From Camelus dromedarius (Eukaryota): a stretch of DNA of 64,000 nucleotides. Below, in pieces: positions 38,970 through 51,900 of this stretch (position 1 is its first letter; every line of letters starts with the position of its first letter). Below the pieces are notes generated by a model that did not search any database, was not told the origin of the DNA, and worked only from the letters and a program-made list of their open reading frames with translations. The stretch lies in assembly GCF_036321535.1 (NCBI RefSeq), contig NC_087437.1:74402001-74466000 (forward strand), in the 5' to 3' direction. A program made the position numbers and the translations under genes.

Positions 38970-39220
38970 AGCAAGGAGAGCAGTGGCTTTGAATCCCAAC
39001 TGTGTAGGTCCAAATTCCAGATACCCTACCTTCTAGCTAAGTGAATTTGGGTAAGATACTTAAATTCTGTGGTTCTTGGGTTTCCCACTTGAAAATGGGA
39101 ACAGTAATAGGACGCACCTCATCGAGTTATTAGGAGGATAAAATTAATCCATGCAAAGCACTTAGAACAATGGACGGGCATTATAGTAAATACCATATAA
39201 GCATTTACTATTATTGTTAC
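38970..39220 (+). mobile_element. MIR SINE, near full length
   Basis: gctttgaatcc...gggtaagatacttaa...aaaatgggaacagtaatagg...aatccatgcaaagcacttagaacaatg...atagtaaa...ctattatt. Confidence 0.85.
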
Positions 39221-40499
39221 CTTTAGTCACAGAAATACGGGAAAAGAGTGTCATGGATAACTGATAAAAATCTTGAAACTGATATTCTGGCTTCCCTGAC
39301 AGGCAATGCCTGTATGCATGAGTACTGAGTACTGAGCACTAAGCACTTAGGCCTGAGCACCAACTTTTAGAGATTAAGAAGTTAGTCTCTTGTTATGACT
39401 TTCATTTCAAATGTATTGGACAAAAAAGAAGCAAGTGACCAGCTATACAAAGAAAGATGCCTTATGCCAATGTCTTGATAACTCTGGCCTGTACCCCAAT
39501 TAGACATGTTGATCTATGTCAGTGGAAAAACTTCAGAAAAGCCTGCAAAATTACAGTACTTTCTGCAGTCCTTTAAACTAAACAGTGGAATGCCCATCTG
39601 TCCCAAAGATCTTTCCTCTTCCATTTTGTGATTTCTAAACAATGAAAATGGTATTAGTGACAATGACCAATTCTGTGGTAGTCTCCAGAGATCTTAACGC
39701 CAAAGGTTTTCCATATTAAAATTGGTGGAAGTGGAGTGGCAGCATTCTTGGTCTCTGGGCAGGAGGAGGAGCAAGTACCCTGAGGGTATGGGGTTTACTT
39801 CTTCAACATGAAGGTGGCAGGTGGCAGTGGAGAGTGAGCCCAGCTAAAGTTTAAGTCAGAAGGACATCCTCCTAACAGGAGCAGAGTGAGCAGTGCACGA
39901 GAGGGTGAGCAGCCCCGGCTCGAAAGTGGCTAGCGTAAGGGAGTGGGCGGCGAGAGCTACCCTCCCAGATGCTGGAGTACCCTCTGTACGTCCGGATGAC
40001 TTATACGAGCGTGCATGTACATTCCAAACTTACGTGGTTCCCATGTTTAGCTTTTACCAAACTCATTAGCAGCAGTTAAAATGGCATGAATGTCGCAAAA
40101 TCTGATGGAGATTCTAAATGCTTATAATAAATAAATACTCTCTAAAATAAGAGGTTTTTTTTAAGATCCCATCCTTAAATCAAAAATTAAAAGAGAGTTC
40201 TTAAAAATAATGTTTTAGGGAACAAAAGAGTCTAAACTCTGGTGCATAGATCATTTCAGCATCTTCAACTTACAAGTCAGCAGAATCAACAACATGAGAT
40301 TAAAGCTCTGGGGCTATCTTTAGATTTTCCTCCAGGAAACCTAGAGGCATTTCCTGAGCTTCAGACTGTAAGTATCTTATTAATATCACTAGGCATGGTT
40401 TCTCCTCTTCAGGGTTATGATAGATACATAAGTAGAGAATGGGATGAAATTCAAATAAGACTTCAATCATTAGTTCTTAAATTGATATACTTAATGATT

Positions 40500-41495
40500 T
40501 ACTCCTTCATTCACTTACTCAACTAAATAGTTACGTCAGACACTGTGCTGTGCAAGTGTGAATTACATATATTCACCAGTTATTAATTCAATAAACGTGT
40601 TGAATTGCTACTTTGAACCAGGCATTTTTAGGCACTGGGAATACAGCAAAATGAACTAAATAGCATGAGCCTTGTTTATATAATAGGGGAGATAGAAACG
40701 AAATGCGTAACATCTCATAAAGAAAAGAAGACAACATAATACGAAGATAGGATAGTCATGGAAGATCTCTCTGAGGAGGTGAGTTTTATCCTGAGACCTG
40801 GAAGAGAATGATTCAGTTACACAAAGGTTCAGGAGAAGCCTGGCCCTATTATGCAAAGACCACAGACGTGGTATGTTGGAGGGACAGGAGGCAGACAAAG
40901 GTTGCTGGACTGTAGTGAGATGGGCTATGGAAGAAAACAAGGGTACAGGTTAAGCTGAGGTCAGAATATATTAGGGTCTAGAGGATCCAGCTAGTAATTT
41001 GGATTTTGTAGGATGTCACTGTAGACTTTAAAGCAGGAGGACAACGTGATATAATTTATGTTTTTAAAATATCCTCTGCAGCTGGATGGAGAATGAATTG
41101 TAGGCAGTGGTGGATCAGAAAATCTTTAACAATTAGCTATTTGGCAAATATACATTAAAAAGTCCTGATTTATAGCCTATTCCAATTTCTGTGATGTAAA
41201 TATTCCCACTTGGCCAATTTATCACTGAATGTATCACTGAAGGTAGAATTGTAAAGTGACGCACACAACTGGCTCTTGGGAGCCTGAACAGCACAGAGCA
41301 CTGACTGCGGGGCAGCAGGAGGGCAAACGGGGAGAACAGTCCGGGCAAGAGAGATGGTGGCTTGACGGAACGGACTGGGTGACTGCGGATGCATTTTAAA
41401 GAAGTGGCCAGATTTAAGAGAAAATAGACAGGACTTCATTATGAATTAAACACAGGAGATAATTGACAGGCATCAAGAATGAAGTCCATGTTTCT
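40500..41495 (-). mobile_element. L2, interrupted by MER63
   Basis: attcaataaacgtgttgaa...caggcatttttaggcactgggaatacagc; ctctctgaggaggtga...tgagacctggaaga; tttaaagcaggag...tttatgtttttaaaatatc; continues after 41303. Confidence 0.85.
41105..41303 (-). mobile_element. MER63A-like hAT-Blackjack MITE
   Basis: cagtggt...cactg termini; aaaagtcctgatttatagc...ccaatttctgtgatgtaaatattcccac...tcactgaa. Confidence 0.75.
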
Positions 41496-42864
41496 AAAGG
41501 GTAAAATTCCTTTCAGCTATTAATTCTCCCGACTTGCCTCCATCTCTTCTATAGTCTACCCAGAACTCCTTTTGTAAGTTTTTTTAAAAATAATTTATAC
41601 CCATTTGCCTCTTTTATAATGCAGGGAAAATAAAAAAGTTTCCTCCCTGTGCCATGTTCTCGTCTCTTCTAGGTGGATATAGTCCAAGAAGCACTGACGA
41701 GGGGGGGGTGGAAATTCTGGATTTAGTACGAATGTTCTTACTCCAGTCGCCTACACCTGCCATCCTCGTTCACCCACACTTGCGCAGTTTAGCCCCGCCT
41801 GTGTTAGGGTTGGGGTAGGAGAGGCTGGTGATCATGCATGTAGAAGAAAAGACCATGAAGGTGTTAAGAGAAAGTCATGCCCTTTCCCAGCGATTTCTAA
41901 GTCTATTATTTCAATAATCAACTTGACAAGGAATATTGAGGCCTTGCTCATTATCCCCAATTAAATGAGAAGGTATTTGACTATTTGATGAAAATCCATT
42001 TCCAACTGAGCACCATTCTGTGATAATTAAAATCTATTTGATAACATTTTTAGTGTTAGTTGTGCAAATATTTTAATCATCATGGTCACCTTCCCACTGC
42101 CTACGATCAATTTTTGTGTTACATCTCTCAAGTTTCAACCAAATACATCCAGAGAACCAACTTAATTAAGTACATCATACTGAGCCTTCCTTATTAAGGG
42201 ATTCCCTCTCCCTTAATCTGACTGGCTGAATGACACTGAGGTTCAGTGACCCCCCAAAACTGGCAGAACATTTTAAGGATAACATTGTCTCTTTGTCCTC
42301 ACAGCTCATAACAAAAACAACAGGACTAATGATGAGCTGAATGCCAGGAAAAGTGAATGTCATTTTTGTGCAATTGACAAATATTTGTATCCTAGTATTC
42401 TTTCCATCAAATCACTTTTCCTTTGCTCTCCTATAGTCCTCTATTTATGAGACAAGTCCACTAAAGAGGACTTGCTCTGTTTTTGCCCTTTAGCAATCTA
42501 AATACTGGATTTATTATTATAATGATTTATTTGGTCCAGACATAACTAAAGATTGCAATACCAATATAGTTTCTTAGGTGATGTTGAAATTCATCACTGG
42601 CATATGTAGGAAAAATTGTTATTGAACTACAAGAAGATCTGGGTTTCAGGTCTTCTATTGACTTACTGTTTGATGATGAAAGATACACTGATCCTCTGTA
42701 ACTTTACCCATTTATACAATGACGTACTTAATAAATAGGCATTATAAAAATTCCTTTAAGTCTTAAGATGGTTCAAACATTTTCTTTTTTTTGGAGAAAC
42801 TTTCACCTAGTTTATATAGGATCATGTAAAATACCAAATCATTGTATGCTATCTCTTTTAACTT

Positions 42865-43370
42865 CTGCGTTACTTTCATAGTTACAATTAACCTATTAAT
42901 GGATCACTGCCTATCTGCTACTCAATTCAAACATCCAAACTAGCTTATGGGGGGAAAAAAAAGGAAAGGGTGTGGGAGAGGTACTGGCTCATGTAACTGG
43001 GAAGGACCGCATGGGTCCAATGACTGAAATGATGCTCTCTGATCTTTCACTCTCTCATCCTGGCTGCTCTCTGGGCTTTGACTATTTTCTCCTACATCAG
43101 ATGGCTTCCAACATGAGAACAGATGGGTGGTGTACGACCAGAAGTAATTCCAACATTATGTCATCGTAGATTATAACCCAGAGAAGGAGCTATTTCTCTC
43201 ACCCAATTTTTGCATATAAAATCCCAGGAAGACTCTAACTAGCTCAGAAAGGATTCTAACTAGCTCAGTTACGGTGATCAGAGGAAAAAAACTGGGCCAA
43301 ATTCACTCTCCTATGATTTGGAGGGTGATAAGGAAGGGAGAGTTCACTGAGTAGCAACCCGTCTTAAATC
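42865..43370 (-). mobile_element. Old MaLR LTR (MLT1K-like)
   Basis: ccaaactagctta...tggctcatgtaactgggaag...aaaatcccaggaagactct. Confidence 0.6.
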
Positions 43371-44462
43371 TAACATGTGGAGAAGTGTGGGTTCCTCAGA
43401 AAATGGTGGTGTTTTTCTTTTCAGAGAAGAGAGAAGGATACTCCACTGAGAAAAACGGGTATAAATGCCAGAGTCTGATTCTAGGTTTGCCCTCACAACA
43501 AAGTACAGGATTGTTTCCTTCTGACCTTTATTATGGGCCTTTATTCTTTTTGATGACATATTACAGGATGTTAGAAGCCTCCCTAGATTGCCTCATCACC
43601 TAGAGAAGGGACAGCGCAATTTCATCATTTGCAACACCTGTACCTTATTCAAGCAGCTACTCAAAAAATACTTGGTGATAATGAAAAAGTTCTAGTTGCA
43701 ATAAGGCAATTCCACTTTACATTTAACTTCTTTATAGTATCGACTTCTGCTAACTATTTTTGGCTCCAGTGCTCGTGGACGAGTGTACTGTTCCTGGATA
43801 CTTAATCTGTGTCAGCTTTAGGGGAGCCTTTTTTTGTTCATTAGGCAGTGCTTTATCTCTTCTGACAGCTTCAATCCTATAATACTCTTCCCCAAAGGAT
43901 GTCCTTAAAATCCAGATATCTCTATACATCATAAAGGTCCAAGTTCACGATTTCACTTCTTATTAGACTCCTACTGAAAATTCCAAGTATCCTGGATATG
44001 TGTTATAGAGAAGGCAACTATTGGAGTTATTATCAAAGGTGTTGCAGTTCTTGGCCAGAATTTTATACCTGTGAGGTGACAAAATGTGTTTAGTATCTGA
44101 ATGATTATGTTCCTTTTCTTTCCATTGATCCTCAGGAGTGAGAGATTGTATGCATAAATCATGTTCCTCTACTTTGCCTATGATTTATAAATAAATTAAA
44201 TGAAACTATTCTACTATTGGGGAGTAAGTTCCATATTAAACAAAAATGGTGATTCTTCTTCTTTGCTTGATAATTGACCTTCATTAATCGGGTCACACCA
44301 TGTTTATGACAGTAACAGAGAAAATATATCTTTCCATGTATCAAGTATGTGCTGTTCTGTACCTCTATCGCATAAGAATATATCCATATAACAATAATTA
44401 AAAGACATCTTATAGGTCAATAAATGTATCTCCCAAGGTAATTTTTATATGAAAGTTAGTAC

Positions 44463-46316
44463 AAGAGGTGTGGACAGGACGGTGAAGGAGGAAGACCCTG
44501 AGGCTCATCTCCTCCCACGGGCACACCAAAATCACAATGATTTACAGATCCACTACCTATGAAAACAACCTGAAAACTAGCAGAAAAGATTTTTCACAAC
44601 TAAAAATATAAAGAAGGAACTGCAACGAGACCAGCAGGAGAACGTAGTACAGTCAAGACCCACATCTCCAGGGTAGGAGTAGGGACGCACAAAAATGGGG
44701 GGATAAGCACAATTACCGGAGGTCCTCCCAAGGAGCAATGGGTCTGAGCCCCACTTCGGACTCCCCGGCCCAGAGGTCCCACACCAGGAATACAGCCCCC
44801 AGAAGGTGTGGCTTTGAAGAACAGCAGGGCTTGCGTCCCAGAGAACCGGAAGGCTGCTGGAAACAGACACATTGCTCCTACAGAGGGCGTGGAAAATCTC
44901 ACACACTCAGTACCCTGGTGCAGAGGCAGTATTCTGAAAGGAGCCCGGGTCAGACCCACGTACTGATCCTGGAGAGGCTTCCGGAGAGTCAGGAAGCAAC
45001 TGGGACTTCCCCTCGGGACATAAAACACTGGAGGCAGCCATCTGGGGGAATTCCTTCTACCAGGAGGACAGTGATGCTGGAAAGCACTATTTGGAGTCCT
45101 CCTTCTAACCTATTAGTGTAGGGACCCAGCACTACCCACCAGCAGGCCTGTTTCCTCAAGCAAGGGAAACAAAAGCAAAAATAAACAAATGGGACTATAT
45201 CAAACTAAATACCTTTTGCACAGGGAAGGAAACTATCAACAAAACAAAAAAGCAGTCTACTGAATGGGAGTAGATATTTGCAAATATGTCCAATAGGGGT
45301 TAATATCCCAAATATACGAGGAACTCACACAATTCAACAACAAAAAAGCAAACAACCCAATTAAATAATGGGCAGAGGTCCCGAACAGACATTTTTCCAA
45401 AGACATACAGATGGCCAACAGACACATGAAAATATGCTCAGTATCACTAATCATCAAGCAAATGCAAATCAAAACCACACTGAGGTACCACTTCACACCT
45501 GTCAGATGGTCATCATCGAAAAGACAACAAATAACAAGCACTGATGAGGACGTGGAGAAAATGAAACCCTCATGCACTGCTGGTGGGATTGTAAATTGGT
45601 GCAGCCAGTATGAAAAACAGTACAGATGTTCCTCATAAAATTAAAAATAGAACCTGTCTTATGATCCAGCAATTTCACTTCTCGGCATTTACCTGAAGAA
45701 AACACTAACTCAAAAAGATATATGCAAACAAACAAAAAACAAAAAACAAAAAAAGATATATGCATCCTATGTTCACTGCAACATTAATTAAAATAACCAA
45801 GATATGGAAGCAACCGAAGTTTCCATCAATAGACAAATGGATAAAGAAGGTATGATGCATACATACACAATGGAATATTAATCAGCCATGAAAAAGAAAT
45901 CTTGCCATTTGCAACAACATGGATCTATCTAAAGGGTTTTACGCTAACTGAAATAAATCAGGCAGAGAAAGTCAAACACCACATGATCTCATGTATAGGC
46001 GGAATCTAAAAAAACAAGACAAACAAAACCAAACAAAAACAGACTCACAGAAGGGAGAGGGGTTGAGGTGAGTGAAATAAGTGATGGGGATTAAGAGGTA
46101 CAAACCTCCAATTACATGATAAATAATTCAAAGAGATAAAATATACAACATAAGGAATGTGGTCAATGATATTGTAACAGATTTATATGGGCACAGATGT
46201 TAACTAGACTTTTCGTGGTGATCATTTTGTAATACATGCAATTATCAAATCATTATGTAGTACACCTGAAACTAGCATAATATTGTAAGTCGACTATACT
46301 TCAATTTAAAAAAAAA
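44463..46316 (+). mobile_element. Internally deleted L1: 5'UTR fused to ORF2 C-terminus, 3'UTR and poly(A)
   Basis: 12-bp TSD gaaagttagtac (44451-44462, 46317-46328); 5'UTR homologous to the 5' end of the L1 at 56390-57045; ORF2 C-terminal peptide [32 protein letters not shown] (45411-45638). Confidence 0.9.
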
Positions 46317-46904
46317 GAAAGTTAGTACTTAACAATATAGGAAAGATATGCAGTTTAACTGCATCCGTGAATTTTTTTTATGCTTTAAAATTTTGTTTAG
46401 ATGTATATCTGTAATACGTACCTTAATAAACCTTGACAATTACTCTTCTTCCCACAAGTTTTAATTATGTATTTTTCAAGACATGCTTTTTCCTCTATGT
46501 AATGGGCATGACTCCCAGGACTGCTGAATAAATTATCTGAAGGGAACACACTGCACAGTTATATATTATGCTGTGGTGTATCTTCCCTCAAATCCATGTC
46601 CCTTCTAGTTGCTATGTTTTTGTTAATCTTTACAGGAGAAGTCCTTGACAGAGTGTTGGTGGTGGTTGTTATTTCTAATTTTCTATCTTCCTGTATTTCC
46701 ATTCTCTCATCAGTCCACCACAGTTAGGCTTTTTTCCCTACCAGTCTATTATGTCTACTGCATCCATTCTTAACATGCTCATCAATTATCTCTATCTTGC
46801 CAAATCCAGGGGTCAAGTCTCACCTCCTCTAATTTGACCTTCTAGCAGAGATCAACACATCTGATCACTCCTCCTTCTTGAAACATGTCCTTCCATTAAT
46901 GGCT

Positions 46905-47536
46905 TATTACTGTTAAAAGCCATGCATTAAATCTTTTTGGTTTTATGGATCATATTGTTTCTGTTGCAACTACTCAACTCTGCTGTTGTAGAACAAAAAC
47001 AGCCACAGACAATATGTGAAGGAATGAGCATGGCTGTGTTCCAATAAAACTTTATTCAGAGATACTGAAATCTGAATTTCATATAAATTTCATGTGTCAC
47101 AAAACATTATTCTTTTTTTAATTTTTTATTAAAGTATAGTCAGTTTACAACATTATTTCCATTTCTGGTGTACAGCATAATGTTTTAGTCATACATACAC
47201 ATATATTCCTTTTCATATTCTTTTCATTATAGGTTACTACAAGATATTGAATATAGTTGCCTGTGCTATATAGTACAAGCTTGTTGTTTATTTATTTTAT
47301 ATATAGTAGTCAGTATCTGCAAATCTCAAACTCCTATTTTATCCCTTCTCACCATCTTTCCTCCTGGTAACCTTGAGTTTGTTTTCTATGTCTGAGTCTG
47401 TTTCTGAAAAACATTATTCTTTTTTGATGTTTTTCAACCATTTCAAAATGTAAAACCTATTGTTTTTGCTTGACAGCCATACAAGACAGACAGCAGACAG
47501 GATTTGCCACGCAGGCTTTAGTTTGCCAACCCCAGG
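46905..47536 (+). mobile_element. MER58B hAT-Charlie element, interrupted by an L1
   Basis: gcaactactcaactctgctgttgtag...gcatggctgtgttccaataaaactttatt...tttcaaccatttcaaaatgtaaaa...tagtttgccaacccc. Confidence 0.9.
47119..47407 (-). mobile_element. 5'-truncated L1 3' end
   Basis: Reverse L1 3'UTR (ttaaagtatagtcagtttacaa...gatattgaatatagttgcctgtgctata); 18-bp TSD aaaacattattctttttt at 47101-47118 and 47408-47425. Confidence 0.92.
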
Positions 47537-48868
47537 TCAAAGACAATACCTCTCTTCGTTTCCCCTGTAGTTCTTGTGACTCCTTCCTGGTCTTCGTTGC
47601 TATACCTGATCTTCAAATGTTGCAGTGTCTCTAGGCTCTGTTCCTGGCCCTTCTCCCTACCCACATTTTCTTCCTTGGTTATCTCATCCAGCCCAATGGC
47701 TTTAAGAACCACCTATATGCTTATAACTTTAGCCTGGATCTCTCCCTCTAATTCTCAACTCATATATCCTGCTGTCTACTTAAAATCTCCATGTGAAAAT
47801 CTCATATTCACATGATGATTAACCTATCCAAATCAGAATTTTTTAGTCTCTCCCTTAACTGCTATTGCCCCAATTTTTTTCATCTTGGTAAATGGTCTTG
47901 CCATTCACACAGTTGCTCAAGGAGAAAACCCAGGGCTCATCTTTTATTTCTTCTTTTCCCTTCACATCCACATCCAGATCATAAACAAGTTCTGCCAGGA
48001 CTACCATTTTCCACTATGCACCAACTCCAACTTGGCTCAAGCCCTTCACATCTCTTGTCTGGATTACTTTGTTAGCTTCATAACTCATTTCCTTATATTT
48101 ATGCTCATTCCCCCACATTGTTCTCCATCGTGCTACCAGATTGACAATTGAAACATATAGATAGAATTATATCATTCTTCTGCTCAAAATTCTCTAATGG
48201 CTTTCTATCATAATTGGAATAAATTCCAAAATCTGTATCATGATATAAAGGCCCTTTGTGGTCTGATTTATGCTTATCTCTGTGAATTCACCCCTCACCA
48301 CTCTCTCCTTCGATCCCTTCCAGTCACCAGCCTGAATTCTTTCCTTCCAGTATGTCGCTTGGCTTGTCCCACACTTCAATCAGGTCTCTGCTCAAAAATT
48401 ACTTCCTCACAAAAGAATGCTGCCTTAAAAAGTAAAATCCTCTCTCTTCTTTCTACCTTGCTTTGTTTTTCATCAAACTTACACTTTCTAAACTGATATT
48501 AAATACTTGTAAATTTGTTTACTGATTCCATCTCTCAGCAGGACATCAGCTTCGTGAGAAGACTTTTCTTCCCTACGTCTCTTTATTGCTGCATCTAAGT
48601 GTCTAAAATAGCTCCTATTTGTGGACAAATAAAAGAAAAAGAACTGACTGATTGATTAATGAACATGAGGGGAAAATGAGAACAATAAGGTTGAATAAAA
48701 CTGTTCTGAATCTCCTAAACAGTATATGTTCAGGATATTCCTCAGTATACATTTTGGAAGTTCACAAGCTGATGTGTCTAACAGCCAAGGACTTGATTAC
48801 TCTGCATGTATGGCTAATGCACTTCATTTTACAATTATTTTATAATTATTTATTCCATCTAGAAAACT

Positions 48869-48871
48869 ACA

Positions 48872-48907
<36 letters not shown>
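48869..48907. repeat. (AC)n microsatellite
   Basis: AC run with one interruption. Confidence 0.95.
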
Positions 48908-48909
<2 letters not shown>

Positions 48910-51900
48910 TTGGTTTTCCCAGCCTGCTGAAATGTTTTACTAGGCACCAATATTTAAGAATATTCACAGAAACTTCTGATGAAACTATAAGTTTAGTTTT
49001 AATTGTATATTTATATTGTGTTGAATATCTATTATGACAGAATATACCTAGATATTGAATATGTATTATTGCAAAGTAATCTGATACATATTGAATATTT
49101 AATGATAATATTACTGTAGAATAATGCAATTTAGTCAATGTCATTATTTAAACAAGTTAGTGCATTTATCTTAAACACAGTCAATTGCATTGTATCTTTT
49201 TTGAATGCAGTTTCATCCTACTTAATTACTTTGTTCTTTCAAGTTTTTATTTCACATGCTTTTTTGCAATAAAAAAGGAAAAAATAATTATCAAAAATTA
49301 CAAAGGATAAAACTACATTAGAATAATAAATAAATCACATCAGGCTGAAGAACAGATACTGCCAACAATATTATTGTTATAATACAACCTTATTCAAGTA
49401 TTTTAGATTTTTTTTCTCCTTTTAATATATATCCTAGCACAAGATAAAAATAGTGTACTGGGTATAAGGTGGAATCTTAGCAAACCCTGATGACAAGTTT
49501 TCCTTATTCATTATTTTAAAACTGTGCAATAAACAAATTCCTATCTTCTCTAGCCTTTGCCCTCAGCAAGTCTGAAGAAGGTGAAGTTCAGTCCAGGGGA
49601 AAATATGTGGCCTCCTCCAGGCAGCAAAAGTTGATGGATCCGTATTCAGGAGGATCCAGACAGTTGGTCCTGCCCAGGAAATCTGCCCTCCCAAACCAGA
49701 TGTCCCTTCTCTCCATGCCCCAGGAGACCACTGAGCAACTTAATTTAATCCTAAGGTAAATAAATTATAGAGATGGAGGGAGGAATATCACAAAGTAATG
49801 AAACAAAGACAGTACATTTACTAACTTCCCTGAGCTGTGGCCTCTTTCACATGGACCAACCAAGAGAAGAAGGAAAGGTGTATCAAGAGTGTAGAACAAA
49901 GGGAGAGATCTGAGGCACAGGTGTTTCTCTGCTTCTCAGGTTTGGGGTTCCCACTGGGAGAGAAGAGTGTAGTAAGACTGGCCATGAAGACTCATTCTGC
50001 TTAATTTTTTATCTTAAATTTGGTTACGTTCTCATCGAATTTTTACGTTCTCATATTTTTTTCCCTTCTTGTTCAACAGCCATGGCTCTCCCATTGATCA
50101 CACGACCCTAGGTTTCACCTCTGACATTCAAAGTGGTCTTAGTATCTTTAACAGCCTTACTATTCTAGAGCAAAACATAACCACTTGCTCTTCACCACAC
50201 AGTTTCCCTGACTCCTTGTCAGTGTAAACCGAGACATTCTTTCCCTCTCCTTCCACCCACATTCAATTTCTACTGTCCTCCACACAGGGCGACGCCTCCT
50301 CTGGAGGTGGTGACAGGTGTCCTTTGCTCAGCACTGTGCATGGTTTAGATCAAGGCAAAGTTATTCACACTGTTCTTTCTGCTTCAAATGTAGTTTTAGT
50401 TACCTGTAGAACCCAACCTACCTTAACCTCATCTGTATTTCTCTGTTTAAACATTTGTATCTCCTATTAGATCAACATTTCTTTGGATAGGTCTATGTCT
50501 TATATATTATTGCATCACCAACACCTAATCTGTTTCCTGACACTTAAGAAAAATTAGATGAAGGCTTATTTATTAAATAAATTAATAAATGCATAACTGA
50601 ACTAGAAGCTGCAGAGAAGCAAGGAGATACGGATAATTTTTCTTGGAAGATAGTTCCTCGGTCTCCATTTTAGTTTTGTTTTCAGATCTTTTCCCTCTTC
50701 TTTCTGTCTGTTTCTGTCCTACTCTCTAGAACACTGATCTTGTCTTGCTCTTCACAATTTAATTCTAAGCTTAATACTCAACTCTTTATGAGACACTATA
50801 TAGTCAGATTTTCATTTTAAATGCCAATTTATCCCCTTTTCTAATATTGAGTTGTCCGTCATGCTGCTTTCATAGTTCTATTTAATTTGGTTCACAACAC
50901 TTTGAGAATTTATAATTATCACTATAATCAAGGCACACATAGCCCACCTAACTGGTTAGTGGCTAGGCTGAGACTTTCATTCAACCCATTATGAAACTAT
51001 CTAAAAAGTTTATTTTTCATTATACTAAATACCATCCCATAAGCCGAAGGAAGTAATGTCTCTCCCAAAATTGCATAAGTTCAGGCAAAATAGAGGTTAT
51101 CTGCTTCATTATATAAATCACAGCAAATACCCAATATTTCCCCTGGGGTTTTAATAAGCAAAACAGAGAAGCATGTAAGTTGAGGATATGTAAGGACAAC
51201 ATTAATACCCACGGAAAACCTTACTCCTTATTAACATCTTTTGAGATTCTGCCCTGCAGTTTTGCTTCAAATCACTTTGCTAAATAATGTGCTGTTTTTG
51301 TTTTTTTTTTTTTTACTTTAGTTGCTTTCTTTGTAAAACCCAAAGGAAAAAAAATCATATGCTACAATGTCACCTCTCCTTCAGAACACATAGAGGAAAA
51401 TGTTTTCTTCTTTGTTTGCCTTTTATTTTTTTTAATGATTGAAACACTGTCTCTCTTGCTAATTGACCCCATTCACCTGTGACAAATGCAAGCTGTGCTA
51501 CAGTTAAGACAATACAAGTTTGTCAGCAGGGTCATTCACAGGATGCACTTTGCCAGGGCAAAACTGCTGATGTTCCAGCGTATTCTTAGTTGTTAAATTC
51601 TAGCAGGTGAGCATAAACAAATAGCTCCATTTAGTCAAGAAAGGGAAAGAGCTGAGAGGGGAATGGAGATATGACAATTGCTATTTCCATCCTCTAACAA
51701 AGTCAACCAGATTCTGTACAGCATAACAAATCCATTATACATGATCATCTCTTCCATGGCAGTGACAGACTGGCTTAACGCTTCTTACATACTTTTTAAT
51801 TCAGTTCTCTATGCTGCTCCTTTACCTAGGCTCATCTAGGGCAAGGAAGTGAGGAGAAAAAAATCAAATAAAAATATAATCCACCATGGTGATTCACTAT

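Larger units (their letters stand above)
46690..48660 (+). mobile_element. L2, long fragment interrupted by MER58B
   Basis: ttgccaaatccaggggtca...ttgaccttctagcag...gatcactcctccttcttgaaac; ctcatccagcccaatggcttta; cttctgctcaaaattctctaatggc; 3' end near 48660. Confidence 0.85.

Noticed and set aside
39320..39361. GAGTACT-type heptamer repeats (also near 37938-37975)
   Set aside because: Only a few degenerate units; simple slippage
44577..45121. Overlapping 109-142 aa ORFs on both strands (ORF0-like)
   Set aside because: GC-rich L1 5'UTR with few stops; no evidence of conserved coding
45149..45160. Canonical splicing (SpIRE) as origin of the L1 internal deletion
   Set aside because: The junction retains the GT and the pyrimidine-rich ttcctcaag that would be removed at a GT-AG splice; microhomology fits better, pending consensus alignment
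46422..46536. Possible minus-strand exon (ttcccttcag...AAG|gtacgt) with one open frame
   Set aside because: AT-rich, peptide unrecognised, indistinguishable from a chance pseudo-exon
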